Source: Lama guanicoe | Taxonomy: Eukaryota | NCBI GenBank assembly: GCA_013239625.1 | Contig: MU053652.1 | Location: 992,001 to 1,056,000 of the forward strand | Length of the DNA stretch: 64,000 nucleotides | Direction of reading: 5' to 3' | Shown: one piece after another, positions 54,114-64,000 of the stretch | Layout of the letters: every line of letters starts with the position of its first letter | How positions within the stretch are numbered: position 1 is the stretch's first letter | The notes under the pieces: generated by a model | What the model was told of the DNA's origin: nothing | What the model saw: the letters and a program-made list of their open reading frames with translations, nothing else | The model's database searches: none | Made by a program: the position numbers and the translations under genes

Positions 54114-56484
54114 ACCTTCCTCTTTCCATTCTACCCTGAAGTACCCTCCTCTGACTCCCCAACCCCCACCCCAAACATCAAAGTACACTACCATTGTCCT
54201 CTCATCCACTGCTACTGTTCATGAAATTTAAACCACTGGGTATGTTCAAAAGCATATCAGAGAGGAAGCAACAAGGAGAGTGAGTAACACTCTCACTACA
54301 ACATCAAAATTTTCCTGGGACTCAAAGAAATGTTGAAACACTCCGACACTAATAACATTCAGGCTTAAGCAAGTTCATACGCAACCATGAACCCCCATCC
54401 TTACTAAACTTGCCCAGGATGCTAGATGTGGACGCTCCATTATAGCTTACTGATAACAGATAGACTAAAGTAAAACTGTCATTCAAGTGGTCTGAGGTGG
54501 TCAAGGAAAGGAAAGAAAAATGACAGACAATAACATACAAAAGAAGTCAGAGTAAAAGATGCCAAATCATGGTGGTAACGTGAAGGTAATACAGATGGAT
54601 GTAAGAGATACATGGATAACCACAAAATCGTATTCCATTTACCCAGCAACAGGAGAGTCTGCCTGAGCAACACAAAGGAACAGCCAACCAAACACAACGT
54701 ATGTTCCTGATCAGTATCAGGAAAAAAGCTTTAGTTTGGTTTTCAGGCATTTTTTCAAATAGAGGAAATTTTGGATAAATTTAAACAGCCTTTAAGAAAA
54801 CTGATATATAGCATAAAAGAAATGAGTAGAGACTACAAAATCATAAATACACAGGTGAGACGGTACATTTGTATATAGCCACTACCTTCTCTAATTTCCA
54901 CTCCACTTCTATAGGAAGCAATTGCTCCTTCTCCTGAACTCAGCACATCTCATCCACCTCTTCTAGTTTTATACCACAATTGTTACTCACATATTTTATC
55001 CCTCAAGTAGACTATACTCCCAAGGGCAACATCAAGTCAGATTTGTCTTTGCAAAACTTGGGGCACCCGCCCATTCATTCAAGAAATATTTACTAACTCC
55101 ATAGAAAGTGCCAGGAATCATACAATAAACTGACACTAAATTCGTACTGTTTAAATGAATATTGACAATTAAGCAGAAAAAAAGTAAACAAGTTCAAAAA
55201 AGAATCCAAAATAAATTCAGTTATTATAGTTCCACAGGGATTAAGATGGAAAACTACAGATACTCTAGTTGGAGTTTTACTGTCATGAGAAACATTTACT
55301 ACCTGTGTATTGTCACAGCAAAAATCTGGGTCCAACAATAGAATAGCATTTCCTCTGTATGGCCTACCAAGTATACTAAGTATTTCCAAACACAGAAGAA
55401 TTATCTTCTTAATCCTAAAGAAAATTTAGTAATAATGATTTCATATGCCACAATCTTAAATTAGAGTCCCCTAAATAATACTCTTGAGGTGGATCTTTAT
55501 CAGTCCATGAGAGATGCGCTGTTTTAGAAGTTTCATCTGTTCATTCATTCGAATGCTTATTAACCACTAGGTACTGATGGGCCTGGGTTTTAAAAAGATC
55601 ATTAGGACACTCCAGGAGCCCTCCAAGAACTCAACCAAAAGTTTAGCATAAGTGGAGGTGAAAGGGGGGGCGTTTTATTTTACGAAAAATACGTAGGTTG
55701 AAATCCAAATGCTAACAACGTAAAAACGTTTCATGATATAGTTTATTCAAGTTGTTTCTCGTCACTCCCTGTATCATCCTTAAGGGTGTCTGAAAGGGTT
55801 CCCCAGCCTTCAAATTTCACTTTAAGAAAGAAAAGCCCCTAAAAGTTTGCCACTCTCACTTCCACCATATATAGTATGGGAAAATGATATGCACAAAGGA
55901 GAACTTGAAATTTGTTTTGGTTTTTTTTTTAAAGAACAGACCGAGACAGGAAGGCAGAACAAAAATCAAACACAGATGTGTGACTTCCAACCCACAAGTT
56001 CACTGCAGGCTCTTGTATTTGAGGCTGTGGCCATTCACAGGTGGTTGGAGGTGTCCAACGTAAGCGAACACAATCTGTAACTCGTAACAGGAGTCTCCGG
56101 ACGTCAGGGCCTGACACCCAGAAGTCCGGGGAACAAGGCGCCTTCACCGTGAGCGCTGCTGAAGGCAAGCACTCAATGTTGTATGAGTAAATGAACACAC
56201 CTGGCTTTCCCTACCACGCCCCAGACAGCGTGTTTTGGGGCCCGGGCCCCTAATGGAGAGCTCTGGCCCTAAATTAGGAAAACACTGTGAGGCTGGGCTC
56301 CTCCCTCAAGCGCAACCCAGAGAAAAGGGAGGAATAGTGGGGGCCCTTGGGAAGGGCTAGGGGGAGGCAAAAAGGGGAGGGGTCGGCAGGGTGGAACCCG
56401 GCAAACCCTTCTCCCTTCCAAAGCGGAGGTCGAGCCGCCGCCCGCTGCCGCCTGTCCCCTGACCCTGTCTCCTGCCTCCCTCAC

Positions 56485-56570
56485 CTGATCACAGAGATGA
56501 GCAGCCCCGAGGGGTCTTTGCTTTTGCTGACTGTGCCTCTGTATTTCCCACCAGCTGCTTCTGCCGCCAT
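56485..56570 (-). CDS. EXOC4: EXOC4 coding exon 1 (86 nt)
   Basis: Minus strand reads CAAG-ATG GCG GCA GAA..., giving [28 protein letters not shown](R), the N-terminus of mammalian Sec8/EXOC4. Donor AG|GTGAGG. Lies in a CpG-rich region. This frame is absent from the ORF track. Confidence 0.97.
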
Positions 56571-56574
56571 CTTG
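56563..56574 (-). promoter_or_regulatory. YY1 consensus (CAAGATGGCGGC) overlapping the start codon
   Basis: Match to the YY1 motif AAGATGGCGGC across the Kozak context and ATG. Confidence 0.7.
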
Positions 56575-56751
56575 GTGCGAGGGGGAGAACCCGTGGGCTA
56601 GAAGGAACCCACGCGTAAACTCTGTGATTGACCTCTCTGGAGAGCCCACCAATGGGAGAAGAGAACTCCGGAATCACGGACCTGGACAATCCAATCGCTG
56701 GAGGGAGGAGGCGGGACTGAGGCAAGTGTCGCGGCCCGACTCGCGCTCTAA

Positions 56752-56770
56752 GCATTCTGGGAATTGTAGT
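56752..56770 (-). promoter_or_regulatory. ZNF143/THAP11-type motif ACTACAATTCCCAGAATGC
   Basis: Plus strand GCATTCTGGGAATTGTAGT is the reverse complement of the known ACTACAnnTCCCA housekeeping-promoter motif, about 180 bp upstream of the ATG. Confidence 0.85.
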
Positions 56771-57914
56771 TTCCCTTCCTTGGTTCCTGGACGCGCAGGA
56801 AAACTAAACCACTACGACTTAGGGAAGTCTCCTTTTGTCTTCCTTTATATTTGTTTTGATCTTCGTGTTTTTCCCAGTTTCTTTGTTTTTAGAATTTCAT
56901 TAGTTTTTTAATAAAACGTATCTGATGGTGCCAAAAAGTGAATGTAGGGATGTGTATTTAAGTAATGTCCATCCTTGATGTCCATGTGCAAAGTTTTTAC
57001 TTTAAACACAAGTGGTTTTTTTAAAAATCCAGTAAAATGTGATAATGAATAGGCGGACATGCTTTCTTTAGTATTCTCTAAAACTAAATGTTTATATATT
57101 TGTTTAATATATGAGTTCAATTATTTTGTTATTTCCAGATAATCCTAAAAAACATGCGAGCAGGAACATGCAAATACATGTTTGTAAAGAAAAGACTGAA
57201 AAACCAGAAAGCCAAACTGACCAGGTTCCTTTTCTTCCCACGCTTAATAAACTATAGATGATAATGATGCACATTTGTGCTTTGTTAATATTTTTACTAG
57301 TCAGTTTTAATATGTCCTGCTTTTCACTCTACTGGCTTAGTCATTAATTCAGTAGATGAAATGAACCACCAAAAAAAGGATTAGAGTAAGAATGGAAAGT
57401 GTATAAATCGAGGACCAAGAAGAAAAAATACATATTGAGAAGGAAGGAAAGCAGTGATCAGCTTAGTAGCAGTAAGATTAAAGAACTTCAGAGATTAATA
57501 GAAAGCAAACTCAGATCCTGGAGTTGTGAAGTAGTGAGCACAGAGCACATCAACTACTTTGATTAGGCAGATAGAAGCTGGTAGAGGTTCACACTGATTT
57601 TCAAAAATAAGTTGGAAATGTATGTATATGTATTTGTAACTGTTCCTTGCCTATGGCCCAATAACTCCAATCCTAGGGACTTTGATCCTATAGAAATAGA
57701 GATACAGAAAAAAAAAATTCTGAAATTTTTAAAACAACATAGAAGTGTTAAATTATAGAACATCCTTATGTTCTATATATAATATATAGCCACTGAAAAT
57801 AATAATTTTAGTGGATTTTAATGAAGAGAAAATACTCATGATATAAGTGCGAAAAGCAGGCTATAAAATTAAAGAACTCATGTAGATGGAGATGGGTCAT
57901 TGTGGATGGGTCTC

Positions 57915-58036
57915 AGGATCTCTGTAGGGTCTCTCTTATGAAAACACTAACCCTAAGCACCTCCCAAAGCTCCCATCTCTTAATATCATCACCTTTGAGG
58001 GTTAAGATTCAACATATGAATTTTGAAGGTGGGGAG
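57915..58036 (-). mobile_element. MaLR LTR fragment (MLT1/MST-like)
   Basis: CACCTCCCAAAGCTCCCATCTCTTAATATCATCACC...GTTAAGATTCAACATATGAATTTTG...ACATTCAGACC. Confidence 0.75.
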
Positions 58037-58039
58037 GAT

Positions 58040-59294
58040 AAGACACATTCAGACCTCAAACCACATAAAATTTAACTCAAAATGCATCAAAAACCTAAGT
58101 GTAATAGATAAAACTCCTAGAAGAAAACACAGATTCTTATGACCTTAGATCTGGACAGTGGATTCTTATATATGACACCAAAAATATAAGCAAGAAAAGG
58201 AAAAATAGATAAGTTGGATTCATCAAAATTTAAAACTTTTGTGCATCAAAGAACACTATAAAGGAAGTAAAAAGACAACACACAGGATATGAGAAAATAA
58301 GTGCAAATCATGTATCAGATAAGGCTCTTATATCCAGCATATGGAAAGAATCCTTACAACTCAAAAGCAAAAGACAAAAACTCCAATTAAAAACTGGACA
58401 ACAGACTTGAATAGACATTTCTCCAAAGGACATGTGCAAATTCCCAACAAATATATGAAAAAATACTCAACAACATTAGTCACTAGAGAAATGCAAATCA
58501 AAACCACAGTGAGATGCCACTTTACAGAAAAAAATATTGAAATTTAGTATGGCTTTAATTTTTAAAAATAAAAAAAAATGCTGGCAAAAATATGGAGAAA
58601 TTGGAACCCTCAAACTTTGCTGATGGGAATGTGAAGGGGTGCGGCAGCTGGGAAAAACAGTTTGGTGGTTCCTCAAAAAATTTAAAAAAAAAAATCACCA
58701 TGTGACCCAGCCATTCCACTCATAGATATATATTGAGAAGAATTGAAAACACATGCTAAAAAAAAACCTGTACAAAAATGTTCATAGCAGCACTGTTCAC
58801 AATAGCAAAAAGTGGAAAAACACCCAAATGCCCATCAACGGATGAATGTGGTAAAATAATGTGGTATATGATTGAAGTATAAACAAAATATTACATATCC
58901 ATCCAAGGGAATTTTATTCAGCCATAAACAAGAATGAAATACTGATGCATGCTACGTCATTAATGAACCTTGAGAACATTATATTAAATGAAAGAAGCCA
59001 GACACAAAAGGCCCCCCAGTTTATGATTCCATTTACACAAAATATGTGGAATAGGAGAATTCATACAGACAGAAAGCAGATTAGTGTGTCCCAGGGGTTG
59101 GGGGTAGGTGTGAATGGACAATGACTATTTTATAGACATGAGGTTCCTTTGTGGATGATGAAAATATTCTGGAACTTAATAATGGTGATGGCTGCACAAT
59201 TTTGAGAGTATATTAAAGGCTGTTAAATGACACATTTGAAATGGTTAAAATGATAAATTCTATGTTACATATGTTTTACCACAATAAAAAAAAT
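58040..59294 (+). mobile_element. 5'-truncated L1 (L1MB-type)
   Basis: ORF2 tail (TPIKNWTTDLNRHFSK...REMQIKTTVRCHFT) and 3' UTR ending TTTTACCACAATAAAAAAA. Confidence 0.9.
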
Positions 59295-59309
59295 ACAGGT
59301 TGTACAATA

Positions 59310-59500
59310 AGACTGCCTGGATTCAATCCCTGTTCTCCATTTGCTTGCTAGGTTACCTTAGACAAGTTACTTAATTGTTCTGTGCCTCAGTTTCCTAATC
59401 TGTACAGCAGATGATAATAGTACTTCCCTTAGAGAGTTATTGTGAGACTGTGTGAGATATGCAGCATCAGCACTTTGTGAATATCAGCTAGTGTTACTGA
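59310..59500 (+). mobile_element. MIR SINE
   Basis: GACTGCCTGGATTCAATCCC...ACAAGTTACTTAATTGTTCTGTGCCTCAGTTTCC. Confidence 0.8.
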
Positions 59501-59639
59501 AGTATGGTGCTAATTCTTGTTTAAAATACATCTCTGTGGGTATTATGAAGTTGTTTTGAAGAGCAAGAATATGGGTAATTTTTCTTTCTTTTTTTACAAT
59601 TTACTGTGTTTTTCAAAATTTCTGTGAATAGATATTGCT

Positions 59640-60166
59640 TTTTTTCCCTTTGTTTTATTGAAGTACAGTTGATTTACAATGTTTGGGTGTATAGCAAAGT
59701 GATTCAGTTATACATATATATAAGTCTATTCTTTTTCAGATTCTTTTCCATTATAGGTTATTACAAGATATTGAATATAGTTCCCTGTGCTATACAGTAG
59801 GACCTTGTTAATTATCTATTTTACATATATTAATCCCAAATTCCTAATTTATCCCTCCTCCCTTGCTCCACTGATAGCCATCAGTTTGTTTTCTATGTTG
59901 GTGAGACTATTTCTGTTTTATAAATTTTTTTAGATTCTACATATAAGTGATAGCATATGATATTTTTCTTTCTGTGTTTGACTAACTTCACTTAGTTGAT
60001 AATCTCTAGGTCCATCCATATTGCTGCAAATGGCATTATTTCATTCCTTTTCATGGCTGACTAATATTCCATTATATGTATATTACATCCTTTTTATCCA
60101 GTCATCTGTTGATGGGCATATAGGTTGTTTCTATGTCATGGCTATTGTAAATAGTGCTGCTATGAA
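59640..60166 (-). mobile_element. Cetartiodactyl-type L1 3' end
   Basis: TTTATTGAAGTACAGTTGATTTACAATG...ATAGTTCCCTGTGCTATACAGTAGGACCTTG...ATTGTAAATAGTGCTGCTATGAA. TTGCTTTT occurs on both flanks. Confidence 0.9.
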
Positions 60167-62147
60167 AGGTGTTGCTTTTAAAAACAGAAAAAATTTTCAG
60201 AACCTTTTTAAAAGCAAGAATTGGATAAACACCCAAAATGACCAGCTACTTTAATCACAAATGGGAAATGCAATTACGTGATAATTAAATCAACACACCC
60301 CAATTGAACCTTAATTCAATGAATTGTTTTAGTTTCTCTGTTCCACTTCCCTGACATCCCATCTCAGGAAACCTTTGTACCATTGTACCTTTCATCTTCA
60401 GGTGACAACTATGTCCTTTCACATTGCTTCTATTCTAGGTGACCTTCTGAACTAACTCCAAACTTGTACGACTAAGCAGTGAACAATGGAAAAATAAAAA
60501 TCAAAGGAAGGCATAGTGGGTGGACTCATTTACAACCTTCAGCTTTCAAAACAGAGTCCCAGACTCACAAGGCTACTTGGAACCAGCTAAGACTTATGAA
60601 CATCTGAGGGGTTAATTATAGACTCCTCTGTGTGGAAGGGCTGACATGCTATAGCGGGAAAGAAAAGAAAAAGAAATTACCATAAACCACAGCATCAATG
60701 CCCAAAAAATAGGAGCATAAATTGTGCAGATGTTTCCATGGGAAACAAGCACGGAAGGTTAGGATGCTGCAGCAGTCTTTGTGGAATGTGTGGGTTACAA
60801 GTAAGCTGGACCAAAAAAAAGAAACAAAAAATGTGGAGACCAAAAACACCTGAAGAGGAGGAGAAGGACCTTCTGGAACAGGTTAAGATGCAAAGTGAAA
60901 ACACGCATCCTATGTTAAGGGAATAATTTTAGCAAAATAAAGAATTCATGGAGAAAAGATAGAGACATAGGTGAAGAGATACATGGAGATCTGCTCCGAA
61001 AAGACCTTGAACTCCATAGCCAGCCATCGGATATGTTTGTGCAGTGAGGGTGAGAAGCAGTGTATGTTCAGGTCTTGTTTTATGCGGTCTATTATATTGT
61101 AAACCAGAGCAGACTGTTTCTTATTATTACATTTGTAAATATACCCAGAGGCTCTTAAAACCACGGGAACATCCAATTAAATTAAAATGCTTTGACCTCT
61201 TTGGTTGAGAGGCTCTATATAAATCCAAGGTATTGATATTCTTATTAATGTGGATAAATGAAATGTGTGAGTGAGGCTAGCTCAGCAGCAGAATGGCTTC
61301 CCTGAGATTCATAAAATAACATAATGCCAGACCTGGGTATCTGCAGGACACCCAGCACAGATCCAGGGAATTTTAAAAAGAGTGTCTCATAATATTAGCT
61401 ATGTGGGCAGAACTCTGGAAAAGGAGCTATTTCATGTCCCCATCAACACTGCCTGCTCACCCAAGATATAAAAATGTGCCTTAGGCATGGCTAAGTAAAT
61501 CAAGGCACAGCATATAGATTACAAACTGAAGGCAAAAGTCCATGATGCTTTCACCATGGAAAAAGGAACTGTTTTATTTATACAGGATTTAAATTTTATA
61601 TCAGCTTTTTCAGTTTCTTTGGTTTAAATACATCTTACATAAATATAAACTTAAATTAAGATATATACATTTGAAGGGAAATATTATAAGTATACACAAT
61701 AGGCTGTGTCCCTCACCAGTTGATTTTGTTTTCCGCATTCTTGGTACCTAGTTCAGCCTGTGTTATCTGACTGGGGAACTGTGGTTTAAAATTCAGTTTG
61801 CACTGGAGTTTCTGACTATTTTAAGAGGTTGGCCAAAACTAGTTTTTTCAATAATAAATGACAACTTTGTTGAAAGGGGAGTGTCCTTTGTTTCTGTGGG
61901 ATACAGCCTGACTGTATGTAGCTAAGGCAGCAACTGTCCCCCAGCTTCTCTCCCAGAACCCATCAATCAACAAACATCAGATGCATAGGATGTTCCAGGC
62001 ACTATGTGTAGCCAAATACTTTCTGGACATCCCCACCCAGTTTTCCAAACAACGCCTCCAACTGAACCCACTTTTCCTACTCCTTTCTATTCTCATGGCT
62101 TCTTCCTCATGTTTCTTGTTTCAATAAATGGTTCAAAAATCCCTTGA

Positions 62148-63112
62148 CTGAAAAGACAACCTACAGAATGGGAAAAATTACATGCAATTCCTACATATCT
62201 GGTAAGTTTAATTTCCAGAAAATATTTTAAAAATCTTTTCAACTCAGCAACATAAAGACAAATACTCCAATGTTTTTAATGAGCAAAGGATCTGAATAGA
62301 CATTTCTCCAAAGCGGATGTACAAATGGCCAACATGCCCATGCAAAGATGCTCAACATCATTAATCATTAAGGAAATGCAAATCAAAGCCACAATGAGAT
62401 ACCACTTCCCACTCACTAGGATGGCTATACTTTCTTTAAAAAAGGAAAATAACAAATGTTGCCAAGCATGTGGAGAAATGGAACCCTAGTACATTACCTG
62501 TGAGAATATAAAATGGTGCAGCTGCTTGGAAAACAGTGTGGTGGTTCCTCCAAAATTTAAACATAGAATTACTCATGACCCAGCAATTCTATTCATAGGT
62601 ACACATGCAAAAGAACTGAAAACAGATGCCCAAATAAAAACTTGTGCACAAATGTTCACAGCAGTACTATTCACAATATCCAAAAGGTGAAAACAACCTT
62701 AATGTTCATCAATGGACAGATGGCTAAACCAAATGTGGTATATCCATAACAAAAATGAAGTACTAATAGATTCTACAAGCTGGAAGAATCTCAAAAGCAT
62801 TATGCTAAGTGAAGAAGCTAGATGAAAGGTCACCTATGTATGTATGATTTCTTTTATATGAAATATCCACAAGAGGTAAATCTGAAGAGAGAGAAGTAGA
62901 TTAGTGATTATCACGAGCAAAGGGGAAGTGAGTACGGGGAGTGATTGCTTTCTGAGTACAGGGTTTCCTTTTGAGGTGATGAAAATATTTTTCATCACCT
63001 CAAAATATTCTGAACCAGATAGTGTTGCATACCAAGTGAATGTATTAACTGGCACCAAATTATATATGTTAAAATGGTTAATTTCATATTATAAACTTTA
63101 CCAAAAAATATA
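62148..63112 (+). mobile_element. 5'-truncated L1 (L1MB-type)
   Basis: GAAAAGACAACCTACAGAATGGG...GAAATGCAAATCAAAGCCACAATGAGATACCAC, followed by a 3' UTR. Confidence 0.9.
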
Positions 63113-63184
63113 TATATACATATTTTATATATTACATAGAGAGGGAGAGAAAGGAGAGAGATATCAATATAGGATTCTTTAAGT

Positions 63185-63900
63185 CATCTTTCAGCTGGTC
63201 ACCAAATTCTATAAATTTGACCTGCACAATGTTTCTTAAATTCATCCCCCTTTCAGCATTCCCTCACCCACTGCTTGATCAGGCCTTTCTCATCTCTCCT
63301 CTCAGCTCTTCCCATAGCTTCACACTTGTTCTCCCTTTCTCTTAACACCACCCTCATTCCAGTCTACCCACCACACTAGTCAAAATCTGCCAGTTCAGAT
63401 GTGCAGCTCACAGCATCTGTGGCCTTTGCTGCGGGAAGCCGTTTTGTGAGGTTTGCTTATCAACTAATGACTTAGTGATCAAACTTTGCACTATGGATTA
63501 AAAAATATTTTTATTATGCATGATATCAAATTTACCACTGTATGAGGGGAAATGAAGACTTTATGTAGTTTTTATGTGTTGTAGTATTTCTGCAAATAAA
63601 TCTCTCCCATAGGGAAACATACAAACAAATGAGGCAGGAATCTGATTTTTTACTCTTACTTTAAAAACCTCCAAGGACTCCCACTGCCCAAGGCATTGTT
63701 TTTCACACTGTTTACTAAATAAAGGGCTAGGCTTCAAACTATCTTTCCAGCTTTCTCATCAGTTACTCCCCATCGTACCCTACTCTCTAGCCATGTCCCA
63801 AATATGTCAAGGAGTCATTGATTTCCCTTTTTCCTACCTTCTTTTTTGCTCAGCCTAAAACATCTCTGAGCCTAGATTCCACTCCTGTTAAAATATGGCT
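63185..63900 (+). mobile_element. Degenerate L2 fragments
   Basis: Pyrimidine-rich motifs GTCACCAAATTCTATAAATTTGACCT and CTTTAAAAACCTCCAAGGACTCCCACTGCC. Confidence 0.5.
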
Positions 63901-64000
63901 TCCAGTCTTCAGGCTTGTTGAGACAGTCCAACATAAAAAGATATGCTGCATATGGTGATTTTTAAGAAAAAATGGTTTTCAATTCACCTGATTAAAATTC

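Larger units (their letters stand above)
56090..56820 (-). promoter_or_regulatory. EXOC4: CpG-island promoter of EXOC4
   Basis: The main GC- and CpG-dense block in an AT-rich window, spanning exon 1. CCAAT at 56649-56653 and 56691-56695, GC-box-like GAGGCGGGA at 56708-56716, no obvious TATA box. Confidence 0.88.

Noticed and set aside
56269..56911. Overlapping 84-127 aa ORFs at the promoter
   Set aside because: Expected by-product of GC-rich, stop-poor CpG-island sequence. The true frame is the 86-nt EXOC4 exon 1.
60738..60926. 62-aa ORF upstream of EXOC4 (…KTPEEEEKDLLEQ…) as a divergent gene exon
   Set aside because: No recognisable homology, short, low-complexity and no convincing exon chain.
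1..64000. CRISPR arrays, operons, rRNA or another novel multi-gene system
   Set aside because: The sequence is mammalian intron-rich DNA with no repeat-spacer array, and the only credible host coding sequence is EXOC4.

Overview
Mammalian genomic DNA, probably camelid: three short tRNA-derived SINEs resemble the camelid type, and several L1 3' ends are cetartiodactyl-like. The window holds the 5' end of EXOC4 (exocyst subunit Sec8) on the minus strand: a CpG-rich promoter near 56.1-56.8 kb and coding exons 1-4 (86, 190, 195 and 185 nt; 218 codons + 2 nt, all GT-AG and in frame). The gene continues past coordinate 1. The rest is intron or upstream DNA filled with L1, HAL1, L2, MIR, LTR and DNA-transposon fossils, plus an 869-nt assembly gap. 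I found no evidence of a novel biological system. The items most worth checking are a MER41-like LTR with an intact STAT1 GAS motif, a young TSD-flanked L1 in sense orientation, a CpG-rich solo ERV1 LTR nested in an old L1, and a 12-mer repeated three times in intron 1 with a perfect 14-bp inverted pair. Repeat family names and comparisons with human EXOC4 come from memory, not from a database search.
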